33,524 nt of DNA from Chiloscyllium plagiosum (taxonomy: Eukaryota), in assembly GCF_004010195.1 (NCBI RefSeq), contig NW_025214825.1, positions 9,050-42,573 of the forward strand, given 5' to 3'. The notes under the pieces were generated by a model. That model was not told the origin of the DNA. It made no database searches and was given only the letters and a program-made list of their open reading frames with translations. Every line of letters begins with the position of its first letter. The stretch's first letter is position 1. This document shows positions 1 to 12,074 of this stretch, piece after piece. A program made the translations under genes and the position numbers.

Positions 1-297
1 TTATTTATCTCAGTGACATTTTCACTGAGTTTGATAGAGGAATTGTCTGCATCAAGCTGAGCTCGTTTCCTGGTGCTACCATATTGAACTCACCTCATTA
101 ACTGCCTTCCTCACGCCATGGTGTTCCTAACTTCAATGCCAGCTGCATCTCCACCCATCATGCTGGAGGTACTCACCATTACCCAGATGGCCCTGGACTT
201 TCTGTTTTTCCAGGCACAGGTGTCATCTTTAAAAGACCAATGAGCACACAGTTGTGATACCTTAGTTCAGAGCTGCCCTGCATAGTTTACCCCGAGA

Positions 298-527
298 ATG
301 GCAGATAAGGGGAAATTTCACCACTGTTTGTCGACAGGGGTGTGGAGGGCCTATGGATGGCTCGTACAGAGGGAACAATTCGCTTTCTGGTGGGGAGTGG
401 GGGCAAACTACAAGACCTATCAGACCCATGGTCTGAGTTCACAACGCAGCTCAGTGCAGTATCTGCGGTCTGAATATATGTCCAGCAATACACGACAAGA
501 ATCAGTAAACTTCTCCACTCTGTCAGG
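298..527 (+). pseudogene. Decayed Harbinger/PIF-type Myb/SANT-like DNA-binding protein exon (transposon relic)
   Basis: Frameshifted reading gives MADKGK..SPLFVDRGVEGL-MDG..VQRE.. then WSEFTTQLSAVSAV*IYVQQYTTRISKLLHSVR. This fits the trihelix Myb/SANT pattern (PRFxDxxLExLxDxV..R...W..VA..VSA.S...R..QQC.KK.NDLL.S.R) and is followed by a decayed donor-like atcagt. Confidence 0.55.
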
Positions 528-1164
528 ATCAGTGCCAGTATATTCGCTCTGCTCTCTCAAACTCACAGCATGTCTGTCATCGCGCTTAACCCGGAACAAG
601 ACCCATGCTCACTGTTGCAGGCAGAACCGCTCTCACTGCTGCAGACAGGATGTTCCCTCTCTCTGTCTTGCTTCAGTAATACCCCCTAAGCTGTTAGAGA
701 ATGTTGTGAAGAGTACCAATGAGGGAATGCCACAAATAATGTTCCCAATAATTCCCAGTTTCAGGAAAATGGCAGTGCCCCAGTGTGGAAACATAAGAGG
801 GAGGAGCAGATATGTATGTTTTTAAAATCATTTGCAATTCCAATCCATCGTGAGTCCATACAGCCATTCAATTGTGGTTTAGCGTTTAATTCGATCAAGT
901 ATGTTTTCTCATCTCCATGTTACGGGAACTTTCATTCGTTCCACCCCCTGTGTTCCTGTCACTGACCAGACGACACTCAGGCACTTGCACCCAGGTTTTC
1001 ATCGAGGATGTGTTCGGGAGACATTTTCCAAGAGGACTGACTCTCCAATATATTCGATCAGGTTTATCCGTTCATGTAATAGTAAGCATGATTTACACAG
1101 ACCAATCAAAAATCTAAACGTATTTTATGGTTTTCGAAATCCAATCGCAGTTAGTAATCGTCTC

Positions 1165-1355
1165 CCACTCAGTTGGCTTGATGGTTGGTTTGTGATGTAG
1201 AGACAGGTCAAATTCACAGATTGAATTCCCCCAACTGACTGAGGTTACCATTAAGATGCCGCTTTCTCAACCTCATTCCTCCCCCGAAATGTGCTGATCC
1301 TGAATTAAACCGACCATTTGTGGTCTCTCTAATGAGAGTCCTTCGGGATTCTCTA
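1165..1355 (+). mobile_element. tRNA-derived SINE (shark-type), decayed
   Basis: A-box-like ctcagttggc and B-box-like gattgaattccc, then the body ctgaggttacca...ttctcaacctc...ctctctaatgagag, which I recognise as a common elasmobranch SINE. Confidence 0.55.
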
Positions 1356-2456
1356 TCAACATTAACATTTTAATTTTTAAAATGTTTTTATTAATTGAGA
1401 AAGAGATGTATTAACTTTATAATAAACCAATAACAGCACAACTCAAAAACTGTACAAATTGAGCAGCATTACACCAATGGGTATGTACATACAAAGCAGC
1501 AAGGTAAATACTGTCATCAGATAGAACAAAAACAAAAATAAATAGAAGTGATAAAGAAATAATGGAGCTCAGCAAATCTACATGACAGCTCCCGTTCTTC
1601 GAGGTCTTTACATAATGTACATTCATACGTTCATCATTCTTCCTATCTGTATATTAGATTCATTAGAAAAGACCGTCATGGCCATACAAAAGCCCTTATT
1701 AGAATGGAAGATAAGCCTGTATCTACTTGTAAGAAATTCCAAAGTGATATGCTCCATGACCAGCTTACGCCAACCTTACAGATCAGAGGCGTTTTCAGAC
1801 ACCTAACACAACATAATATTTTTTCTACCACAGAAAGTAATGATGCTATCTTTGTTTCTCCCCATGCACATCTGCAGAAGGTTCCCTGAGCAGGCACTTG
1901 AAAAGACAAACTGGGTCCTTCTCCAATTCGGTCCACAAGACACTCTCTATCACACCGAAAACAGCCCTCAAATGTATACGAAGCCTGTGGCAAGGCGACA
2001 GGCAATCAATAAGAGTATCCGTAGTCATTCTGTATTTAGGACATGTTGACGATAACCCCATTTTGAAGGGTGAGAGCCACTCTTGGCCAAGTAGACTCGA
2101 TGAAGCAGCTTTATCAGCATGACATGGGTCCTATTACAAATTAAAATCCTTTTTGTATTTTTACAAATATCCTTCCAGGTCTCCCAAGAGATCTGAACAC
2201 CAACTCTCTTTGACATCACAAAGCCACACAGGCTCGTCTGACAGTCCACTCTCCAACTAATGATATACTGGACTGACTGAGAGTGGGATCGAAGCATTAA
2301 GCACCCTCTCCTCTGTAAAGGATCTGTCAGGATTCATTAATGGTGTTGTTCTTTATTGAAGAAAATCTCAGATGTGCAAAAAAGAAAGGTCTCCACAACG
2401 TAGTCCATACTTGCCAGTTATTTGAAAAAAGGACATCATTGTGTCACCCGCAAATA

Positions 2457-2795
2457 CTGCACGGTAGATCAATGGTTAGGACTGCTTATTCACAGCACTA
2501 AGAACACGAGTTTGATTCTTCCCTTGGGGGACTGTCTGTGTAGGGTTTGCAAGTTTTCGAAGTGTCTGTGTGGGTTTGATTCAGTTTCCTCCCACAGTTC
2601 AAAGATGTGCATGTTAGATGAATTGGCCATGCTAAATTAACCGTAGTGTTCAGGGATGTGTAGGATAGGGGCAGTAGTCATGGTAAATATAGGATGGTAC
2701 TGGAATCGGTCGTGGTGGGGTACTCTTTCGCGTGTGTGAGGACTTGTTGAGCCGGTTGACTTGTATCGACACTGTAAGGTGTTTTCCGATTCTAA
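2457..2795 (+). mobile_element. HE1-type V-SINE inserted in the L1
   Basis: tRNA head gcacggtagatcaatggttagg, V-domain gactgtctgtgtagggtttgca...tttcctcccacagttcaaagatgtgca..gaattggccatgctaaatt, and a CR1-like tail. Confidence 0.9.
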
Positions 2796-3724
2796 ATCTG
2801 CCATGCAAGATACATGTTCGCTGCCGACAGTTTAAACCCAGAATCCATTATTACTGGTTAACAACCCAGTATACCAATTATAATGGTAAGAAATGTGGTT
2901 TGGCTGTGTTGTCCCAGGGATGACGCATTGCCCTCCATACTGTAACAGTATTGATAATTATTGAGTTATGACAATATTCCTTAACTTTCATGGTTTTTTT
3001 TTTCTCCGAACAGCAGTCTAATAAGGAAGCACTTTACCTGAGATGCTTCAATATCTAAACATATTGACGCCGAGTCCTCTCAGGAACAGTTACTAACATA
3101 GGATAAAAGAGGGCTTAATTGTTAGCTTTTAATATATGAGGGCGGCTCATCCCCCAGTCTGTGGGACAGATGAAACTTTGATATCTCGATAAGGTATCAA
3201 TTAAAATGCCAAATTAAAGAGCTAAACTAGACATTGAGTTTCCTAAATATTTGCCTGGGAAACATCAAAGGAAGCATTCGCACGGGGGAGAACAAATGAG
3301 GAAGGATCATTATTTTTAACTAGATCTATCCTACGTAACAAGATATAAGAAGTGCCTCCCATCTTCGAAGGCCTTGTTTCAATTTGGAGAAAAAATGGAC
3401 AACCTTCACATAAAATGAATGATTAAAGAGCAACGAATATATCTAAATAGAGGACCTCATAACCCCATGCTACCTTTAAAACGAAATCGGCATTCACCTA
3501 CGGCATCGGGTAATTCCCTAAGACCTCCAGTTGGCATGGCCATCGAATTTGTAAAATTAATCATCTAGCTGGCAAAGGCGCCAAACGAATTGATGCATTG
3601 CATCAGGTGAGGTATGAATACTGGGGGATTTGATAAAAAGATAAGAGCATCATCTGCATGCAATGTAATCTTATTTGACTTTTATCCCATGTCTGGGGCA
3701 GATATGTTGTGGTCCCGACGGGTG

Positions 3725-4402
3725 TTCTCATCCAATGGCTCTATCAACATTGTAAACAACATAGACAAAAGGATACAATATTATAGATTGCCTATAGAAA
3801 CATTAAAATTATTGGATCGCTCACCTTTGGTGAGAACAGCGGCCAGAGGATCCTTATTAAGGACCCTCACCCACGTGATAATAGCTTCGCCACGACCAAT
3901 CTGTTGTAATGCATAGAAAACATACCACCACTGAATACAATCAAATGCCTTCTCTGCATCGAAAAACACCAATTATCGTTGTTGACACGCTTGAGTCATA
4001 TTGAGTAATCGCTTAATAATGTTGGAAGATCTCTCGTCCATTGTAAAGCCCGTATTGTCGGCCTCCACCAGTGACACTATCACCAATGTGAACAACAATG
4101 GCGAATGGGGACAACTTTGTCGACTGCCTCCAGAAATATGAAAATTACTGGATCGCACATCAATTGTGAGAACCGCTTCCAGAAGATCGCTATAAAGCAC
4201 CCTCACCCACTTGATAAAACTTCACCTGGACCAAACTGTTTTAATGTATAGATGACACGTGACCACTCAGGCCAATCAAATGCCTTCTCTGCATCTAAAC
4301 AAACCTTTGAGTCATTTACAGATTGTTGTTGGCACGCTTGAATCACATTGAGTAATCTCCTAACATTGTTGGAAAAATAACCATTTGTAGAGTCAGTCTG
4401 GT
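3725..4402 (-). repeat. Diverged tandem duplication (about 335-340 bp unit) of the L1 RT core
   Basis: Two consecutive copies of the QTGF..RLLN..QACQQ..DAEKAFD..SPLLF block; atcaaatgccttctctgcatc occurs at about 3940 and about 4275. Confidence 0.85.
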
Positions 4403-6229
4403 ACTCTTTGACAATGGAAGGCCGCACAGTTTCCCGGCTAAATGCAAGGGTCTCAGATAGGATTTTAAAATCGCCAGTTAATTGTGACATGGGCCTATAA
4501 AAATCACAGTCCTCTATGGTCTTCCCTTTCTTCAGAATAAGAGATATATTTTACTCTTTTAAGGATGGTGATAGGCAGAATGACTGTATGAGTGATTGAA
4601 CATGGCCCTGATAACCTTCATTGGGAAGGCGGTCAGGATTGGGCGTCTTTCCATTCTGATGTTGCATCACAGCGTCCTGCACCTCCAGCACTGGCAATGA
4701 TGCATTAATGCAGACACTTCTTCAGAGGTTTCTCATGGAATATCCAAGTTCTTGAAAAAATACTCCATCTTCATTAATCTATCCTCACAAAGTTCAGTCT
4801 GATATCGTTCGGAGTTAAGTGACCGAATTGCTGCATTAATCGTTTTGCAATCGATGTAAGGGTCCCCGTACCTTTCCTAATTGAGGTGATGACTTGGGAG
4901 GCGCTCTTTTTCCTGGCAAGATACGTTACACACTTGCCCTGCGTATCACCTTGCTCAAACAACCTTTGTTTTACAAAAGCAAATTCCTTCTTGGCTCTCT
5001 GAGTGAGCATGGAATTCAATGAAGACCAAAGCATTGTGATCCTCTGTCGGTCAGCCACCGAGGGTTGATCGAAGTATGCGCTCTCTCCAGCATACAACCG
5101 TGTCTCGAGCAGGTGCTGCTGCTCTCCATTCTGCAGCTTCCGAACAAATAACTATTTCCTTGCCAGAAACCTCAGCTGTTACCCATAGAGTGGATGGATT
5201 ACTGGCTGAATCTGAATTAACGCCTCAGGAAGCTCTGGAATCGTTAAAGAAATAGACAGTGAACCTATAACCCTTCAGAACAAACGGATCAGTTTGTCAG
5301 TGTCTCTACACTGTTATCTTGTCCATACTCTTAACCAATAAGTATACCACTGCATGGTTAGAAATGGCAATATTCCCAATTGCACAAGACACCACCGAAT
5401 CTTAGATTGCTGCAGGGTCTGAGGAATTGATCAAACTTCCTTGGACATTTCTGCAGGTTAGAGAAGAAAGTAAAATCTCGACCTGGGGGCTGGATATTCC
5501 TCCAAGTATCTGCCTTCCCTAGATCCGCACACAAATCTACGAATTCATTCGTTTGCAAAGAGGGTATTGGGAGCCTTTGGGCGTCTGTCCACCGTGAGGT
5601 CCGCAAGACTGTTGAAATCTACTTGTTCATTAATGTGCGGTGATACAAGATTACTTAATTTGAAAATGCATATACCAGGAATTTAAAGGGGGGTGCCGCT
5701 GCAAATAAATACTCGAAACACCGTATTATTTCCCATATATCAAGTCTTTGAGGATTATGTACTTTCTCTGAGTGTCTTGTACTATCTAACTATTTAAATG
5801 GAAGATTCGTCCTTTGAAGTATGGCTTCTCCGCTACTCCTGATATTCAAAGAAGAGAAATAGACTCTATCAAACCCACCCTGCTGTAAATTCAAATGTTC
5901 TTGTCATCAAGGTCCGTTTCCCGCAATAGAGCAATATCAACCCTCAACTTTTTAAGAGGAGAGAGTAACTTTTTCCTCTTGACTGGCGACTGGCTCCCCT
6001 AAATGTTCTAGGTACACCATTTCAGTACATCATTAGGAAGAACACACTGTAACAACTTTTGAAATCCAGAGAGGAAGAACTGCAACAACAAATCGCCGAG
6101 CATCAATGAAAAACAAATATAGAGCCTACATTCCCGACTATAATATAACACTGGTTGATAACAGAAAAATCCAGGAAACATTCTTTCAGAATGAAAAACA
6201 TTATTATCTGTATCTTTAAATCATCCAAC

Positions 6230-7088
6230 ACACTGTAAAGTGCCCACAAAAGTTTCACTTTCACTGGAGAGTCAAGTAAATTCGAGGACTTACTGAAAGT
6301 TATATAGAGTACCCGCTCAGTACCTGAAGGAATACTGAATCCCGAGTTCCCTTAGTTCTCTTGATAACGTCGATAAACTTCCTTTTTGAATAACCGCCAC
6401 AGGAAATTCCTGAAAGAACATCATCCTGAAGCTCCCGTGAAGTCAACCCGTCCGAAACCTAGACAGGGTGTTGAAAGCTTCCGTATCTCTTTGTTTGCTC
6501 CCATAACTACGTATTCACACAAGGGCAAGGCGAAGGCGCTGATTCGAGCTTGCCTGCGCACCGTAGCATGATTAGTTGTCTCAATCTTCATCTGATCCGT
6601 TTCAGCATCTAATTGAAGGAATCGTCACAGCCATTTCGCAAACAAAATCTCACTGGCTGACGGCCTTCCATCCAGTCGAGCAGACCGATGATGAGATTTT
6701 TTTTCATGCATGCAAGGTCAAGTTATTCAGTTAAGTAACGGGCCTGTTTTTCAAGGGTTTTGGATCCGCTCCTCAGAGGAATCGATCTCAGTCTCTGCTG
6801 CTTCAATTCTTCGTTTACCTTCGTCCTTTTTGTTTTCAAGGCTTTCAGTTTGCTGCTCATGTCTTTGGAGCATGGCTGAGAACTGGGTCTAGGCTACTGC
6901 GGAACATGTCTTCATTTATGGCTTCAATCATTTCACGCCTCTTCGTGAAGTCCACAATCTAGGCCGGTAAGGAATCGATCCATCGAATGAGCAGAGGCGA
7001 TCGATGCTGCAGCTGCAGGTACAACCGATGCTTCTGACGGGTGCCCCGGGCGTTGGGATTTCCTTCATCCTTTGCCGTGGTTTGTCAT
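6230..7088 (-). pseudogene. L1 ORF1 (Transposase_22-like RRM/CTD), disrupted
   Basis: Frameshifted segments KNL-IIGL..MEGRQP..F..WL..FLQLD...KIE..H and MMFFQEF..VIQKRK...LGIQYSFRY match L1 ORF1p motifs. Candidate ATG at 7088. Confidence 0.75.
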
Positions 7089-7429
7089 TTCCACTGAACA
7101 GGGTTAAATCGGTAGGTGGAGTAGGTTAGAACACGTCTTAGCCTGTGCTTTGATTGCGGCTACCTGGGATCACACACCCCCAAAGAAAATTATATTACCT
7201 CTTTGTTTTGCACTATATTCCTTAATGATGTGGAGCCGTGTCATTTGGTACAGTGTCAACATATTCCCCAACACTGCACATTTATGTCCACTCCCTGATA
7301 ATTCTTGACGTCTTTACGATTAAATATTCAATAAATCTACCTCCAAGCCTCTGTAGGAAAGACTGTTCTAAAGGCTCACAACATTCTGAGACAACTAAAA
7401 TAAACCTACTATTCGGTGTGTGAAGTTAT

Positions 7430-7630
7430 ACTTTGTTGTGTGTCCTTACCTGAGAAAATAATTAGTTACATTGAAAGCAGTTCAGAGATGTTTCACTTCA
7501 CGTATTCCTGAGAAGAATGGTTTATATTATGGAGGCTTGAAAAGTTGACTCTTGTAATGAGAGGTAATCTTATTCTTACATACAAGACCTTGAGCAGAGC
7601 GGATCAGGTATTTACGCAAGGGGTGCTCGT
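7430..7630 (+). mobile_element. CR1 LINE 3' fragment, old
   Basis: cattgaaagcagttcagagatgtttcac...gaggtaatcttattcttacatacaag resembles the CR1 LE.VQRRFT..RGDLI..YK region. Confidence 0.65.
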
Positions 7631-7644
7631 ATAGTCAAAATCTA

Positions 7645-7972
7645 TTGTAATTCTTTCCGAACCTCTGCAGTGTGGAAGCAGGACAGTCCGCCCCATTGAG
7701 CCCACAGGAACCCAACGAACAGCATTTCACCCAGAGCTGCTCCTCTATCCTATCTTTGTAACCCTACATTTTCCATGGCCAATTTATCATGGCCAATTCA
7801 CTCTAATCTGCATGTCTTTGGACTGCAGAAGGAAACTGAACCATTTGAACGAAAAAACCACAGACACTGATAGATTGTGCAAACTTCACGTAGCGGCTCG
7901 CCCGACGTTGGAAATGAACCCAACTCCTTGGTGCTGTGAGGCAGCAATGCTGACCACAGATCCACAATGCTC
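7645..7972 (-). mobile_element. HE1-type V-SINE
   Basis: The reverse complement shows a tRNA head (ggtcagcattgctgcctcacagcaccaagga) and V-domain (cagtccaaagacatgcag..gaattggccatgataaattg). Confidence 0.88.
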
Positions 7973-8129
7973 CTCCGTTAGTTTCTCACATATATTTGTG
8001 GTTGACTACAAAAACCTGCCTGATTGTTCCTTTCACTGAACCTGACCCAGTCTGAGTCCTTTTTCATTGGCCATGTCATCAAACTAGTTACAATTAAAGT
8101 CTGTTACGATCAGTGGAGGAGTGGAATTT

Positions 8130-8760
8130 GAAAATGAAACAGTGACACTCTGAGCCAGAACAGAGAAGAAATTCACAAATTGGGAATTCAGTCAGTTGGT
8201 AATTCTCCTTCCCAGAAATTTGTATTGATCGGAAATTTAAATTCTATCGAAGCTGAGTTCATTTGTTTTTTGATAGACAGGTGATTGAGGGACAATGATG
8301 TATTGACAGAATAGTGCATCGGGGAGCACAAGGAGATGAGCCATAACCATATTTACTGGCAGAGTTGTGTCAAAGGATTGAATTTGATGCCCCTCAATCC
8401 CATGTTAATGTTCCAATTAGCCCTACAAACACGCTACACAGGATTTAGGTCGACAAGACAATAGACGTCACCGATTAAGTATTGTCTGGAAAATGTGCTT
8501 AGAAAATCCAGGCTGAGGTACGAGTCGGACCACACCTAGAATATCATGAACAGTGTGAGCGCCCAAAGGAAAAATATTCTTCCATTGGAGGAGGGTCAGG
8601 GAAGTTTCACTCGGCTAATCATGGGAATGAAGGGATTTTCTCATGACAAGAGTTGGAATATATTAAGGTTGAACACATTGATATTTGAAAGAATGAGCGA
8701 CAAACGTTATGAAAGATCCAAAGTTCTGAAGGACTTTGACAAGGTAGATGCTGGGAAGGT
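8130..8760 (+). mobile_element. Old CR1 LINE 3' fragments
   Basis: ORF 8546-8809 (LEEGQGSFTRLIMGMKGFSH...KVLKDFDKVD) is a degenerate CR1 ORF2 C-terminus; 8130-8410 resembles a CR1 3' end. Confidence 0.65.
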
Positions 8761-8764
8761 AGAA

Positions 8765-9860
8765 TATACAACAGGAAAGCACATCACTAGGCCAATTCGT
8801 TCACCATAGCTTTACCGACCATGATGTCATTCCAAATTAATCCTATCTGCCTGCACGTGGTCCATACCACTCTATTCTCCTCCCGTTCATGTTTCTATCG
8901 AAGTGCACCTTCAAAATGCTGCTGAGATGTCCGCTTATACCACCTTATGGGTTCCTTCGCCCCACTTTAGATAAAAAAAGATCTTTATTCAGTCATTTCG
9001 ATTAAAATTTCTCACTCTCATCTTAAACTGATACATCTTATAATATTACATTTCCACATTGGCAAGGAAATTCAGACTATCCACAATATCCACGCCTCTT
9101 GTGATGCTATAAACCTGTATAAGGTCGACCCACCAACTCCGACACTCAAGCAAAACATTTAAGTACGTCCAAACTCTCCTTATCATTAGCACATTCTCAT
9201 CGATACAACACACTAGTGAACCTCTTTTGCATCCTCTCCAAAGCCTCCACATCCTTCCTATAGTGGGGCGATGAGAATTGCACACAACATTGCAAAAGTG
9301 GCCGATTTGAAGTTTTATTAGGTCACAACATGACGTGGAAATGTCTAGACTCAACGTTGCGAACAAGGAAGGGAGGCGTGCCATACTGATTCCTTATTAT
9401 CTATCCTGCTGTGCTGTTATTTTCGGAGAGCTATGGATTTTCATCCATAACCTCGCTGTATACGAATTTTCCTTCGAGTCTGGTCATTTGCAGTGCAATT
9501 TTCTCTTGCATTTGACTTTCCAAAATGCATCACCTCACATTTCTGCCGACGAAATTGAATTTTCCATTTCTCTGTCCAACATTCCATTTGATCAACATAT
9601 TGCTACAACATATTGCTACAAACTTCAACATATATCCCCACTGCCCACTATTTCCCTCAAATATCACTAATTATAATAATAATATGCCTTTCCAAATGTC
9701 GACGGCAAAATTACCAATTAGGTTCCAGAAATGTCCATCTTACTTACTAATGAAAATAACAATTAGCAATGACAGCACTGATCCTTGCAAATCACGACTA
9801 GCCACAGACCTCCAATCAGAAATTCACCAATCCACAGTCCTTACCCTCAAAAATTAACGT
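8765..9860 (-). mobile_element. CR1 LINE 3' portion, decayed
   Basis: The minus strand reads ..PTIGRMWRLWRGCKRGSL..DLIQVYSITRGVDIVD (frameshifted CR1 C-terminus), with RT-end remnants upstream. Confidence 0.8.
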
Positions 9861-10044
9861 TGCCACCCTTTGTTTCTTTGTGCAAAAATATGTAACCGGG
9901 GGTATAAAAACCAGAAAGAGCTCACTCTTTCAAGATGGAGACGAAGAGTACTTTCTTTTTTTCGGAAGGTAAGGAATCTGTGGTAATTCCTCACTGCAAA
10001 GGGCTGTCGAGGCTGGGCCATTAAGTATATTTAATAAGGGGTGG

Positions 10045-11360
10045 CGTTTTTTTTCAGGAAGCAATGTGGGAGGAGATGTAGTCTTGGCAGCTGTGGGACT
10101 CAGTGGATTTGTAATCGATGTCTGTGGTTTTTTGGTCGCCGGAGATGGTGATGGAAGGTCCTGGAAGGGGAGAGTGATGGGCGAGATTGGTCAGGTGTAC
10201 CCCGATCTCTTATTACAAGCCTACCGACATCCACAGCTGCCTAGGTTAAGCTTCCACCCATCCGAGCTCTCTTGCTCCCAATTCCCCTGCCTCTGCCGCA
10301 TCTGTTCCCAGGATGACTAATTTTGCCGCAGAATGTCCCAGATAACCTCTTACCTTTGCGATAGTAACTTCCATTTCCACAGGATTAATGATGCGCTCCA
10401 GTGCATCTTCTCTACGTCAAGCACCACTACCCTTGAACCCCACCTCTGCAAATGCAACAAGGTCCCCGGTCCTCAGCTTCCACCCCATCAACCTCCACAT
10501 ACATTGCATCACTCTCCGTGACTTCCTACACCTCCAAACGGAGCTCTCCACCAAAGATATATGTTCCCAAAGAGATTTTCCACTCTGCAACTCTCCTGTC
10601 ACGTCCACGCCCCCAACCAGCGCGTACACTACTCCTGACACCTTGTCCTGCCACTGCAGGAATTGGAAAAATTGCGCCCACGCCACTCGTCTCACCTCAA
10701 TCCAAACGCAACACAGGGATCCTGTCACTTCCTTCAGAAATTTATCTCTTCCTCGACCAATGTCATCTGCAGCAAGCGTTGCATGGGAAGTGGCCTCCTC
10801 TACATCGGGGAGAAAGGATGACTTCTTGCAGATCGTTTCAGAGAACATCTCTGGGACACTCACACCCACCAACCCCACCACCCCGTGGCTGAACATTTCA
10901 ACACCCCCTCCCACTCCCACAAGGAACACAGGTCCTGGGCCTCCTCCACTGCCAAACCGACACCAACCGACGCTTGGAGGAGGAACACCTCATATTCCGC
11001 CTTGGGACCCTGCAAACACACCGGCTAAATATCGATTTCAACAGCTTCCTCATTTCCCCAAGCCCCTATATTATCCGAGTCCCAAGCGGCTCACTCGGCA
11101 CAGCCATCCTCATTTGCCCACCAATTCCTACTCTGACCAACCACCTTCATCCTCACCTTCATCCACCTATCCCTTTCTCAGCAACCTTGTCCACAATACC
11201 ACCCTCTCATTTTCATCTCTCAGCACCCGGCCCACAAGCCTCATTCCTAATAACGGGCTACTGCTGGAAACATAGATTCTCCTGCTACTTGAATTCTGCC
11301 TGAACTGCCTTGCTTCCCACAATCGCGACTCTGACCTGCAGCATCTGCAGTCCTCGCTTT
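10045..11360 (+). mobile_element. Penelope-like element 3' part (GIY-YIG endonuclease + pseudo-LTR) with short inverted 5' piece
   Basis: LYIGE(R)K motif near 10800 and RRLEEEHLIFRLGTLQTHRLNIDF. Decayed hammerhead-like ctaataacgggctactgctggaaaca at about 11247. Segment 10045-10200 reads as PLE sequence on the opposite strand. Confidence 0.8.
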
Positions 11361-12003
11361 CTCCTGTGTTCTCTGAAAGACCTCTTCACTATCTGTTACT
11401 CCCTCAATTTTAATGTCATCTGGAACCTTGCTAGTCAGGCAACTTATATCTTTCTCCAAAAAAATATATGTACATCAAAAAAAGTGGTGCCAGCACCAAT
11501 CCCTGTGGGACATTATTAGTCACAGTTCTCCATTTTGAGTAACTCGATTCCACTATTCGTTTCTGTCTCATGTTACCAAGCCATTCCTCTATCCATTGAG
11601 CTATTACACGCTTGACGCCATGTGATTTGCCATTGTCCACCAGGGAATGACATCAAGCGCGAAACTGAAGTTCTGGTACATGACATTTACAACCCTTCCC
11701 TCGACATCAACTTTGTCACTTCCTCAAAGAATTCTATTAAGTTTGTAAGACATGATATCCGCTGCAAAATAACATGTCGCCTTACACTGATAAGCCTATT
11801 TTCCTCCAAATGGTAATAGATCCTACCCTTCAGTATCTCAGCCAGAAGTTTCCCTACCACTGACGCCAGACTCACCGGTTAATAATTACCTGGATCATTC
11901 CTGTTTATTTCTTTAACAAGGGGCAATATTATCAATTCTCCAGTTATTCGGACCACACCCGTGTTAAAGAATGCTGGAAACAAGCAGCATCCAAGGAGCT
12001 TCG

Positions 12004-12041
12004 AAATCGACTTTTCGGGCAAAAGCCCTTCGTCAGGAATA
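12004..12041 (-). ncRNA. Second hammerhead motif on the opposite strand
   Basis: Minus strand tattc-CTGACGA-A-GGGCTTTTGCCC-GAAA-A-GTC-gattt. The core is intact, but the C that should form stem III is an A. Confidence 0.6.
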
Positions 12042-12074
12042 CTGATGAAGGGCTTTTGCCCGAAACGTCGATTT
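12037..12074 (+). ncRNA. Minimal type I hammerhead ribozyme motif (Penelope pLTR)
   Basis: CTGATGA (12042-48), A, stem II GGGC-TTTT-GCCC, GAAA (12062-65), C-GTC putative cleavage triplet (12067-69); stem I imperfect. Confidence 0.7.

Larger units (their letters stand above)
1676..6040 (-). pseudogene. L1 ORF2 (APE endonuclease + reverse transcriptase + Cys-rich domain), disrupted
   Basis: EN: WCT*NI*GSQSPVKRKKV..VDIALLRET and DTWRNIQPPGRDFTFFS. Linker: QRLFEQGD. RT: LDAEKAFD and GSRQSCPHSPLLF. C-terminus: WKDICKN..KLLHRVYL and CPKY..TLIDCL..C. Confidence 0.88.
1365..7170 (-). mobile_element. Near full-length decayed L1-clade LINE
   Basis: On the minus strand, in order: ORF1, ORF2 (EN, RT, Cys-rich C-terminus), a T-rich 3' UTR, AATAAA (1387-1392) and an A-rich tail. 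Interrupted by an HE1 SINE. Confidence 0.9.

Noticed and set aside
380..500. Immunoglobulin V-like reading (EFTTQLS..YVQQY)
   Set aside because: No conserved Cys/Trp framework or recombination signal sequence; the Myb/SANT reading fits better.
608..650. Two-copy short repeat ctcactgYtgcagRcag
   Set aside because: Only two short copies; ordinary slippage duplication.
2457..2530. tRNA gene
   Set aside because: It is the decayed tRNA-derived head of an HE1 SINE, continuing into the V-domain.
10388..11275. 295-aa Pro/Thr-rich ORF as a real gene
   Set aside because: Largely out-of-frame read-through of the C-rich Penelope element.
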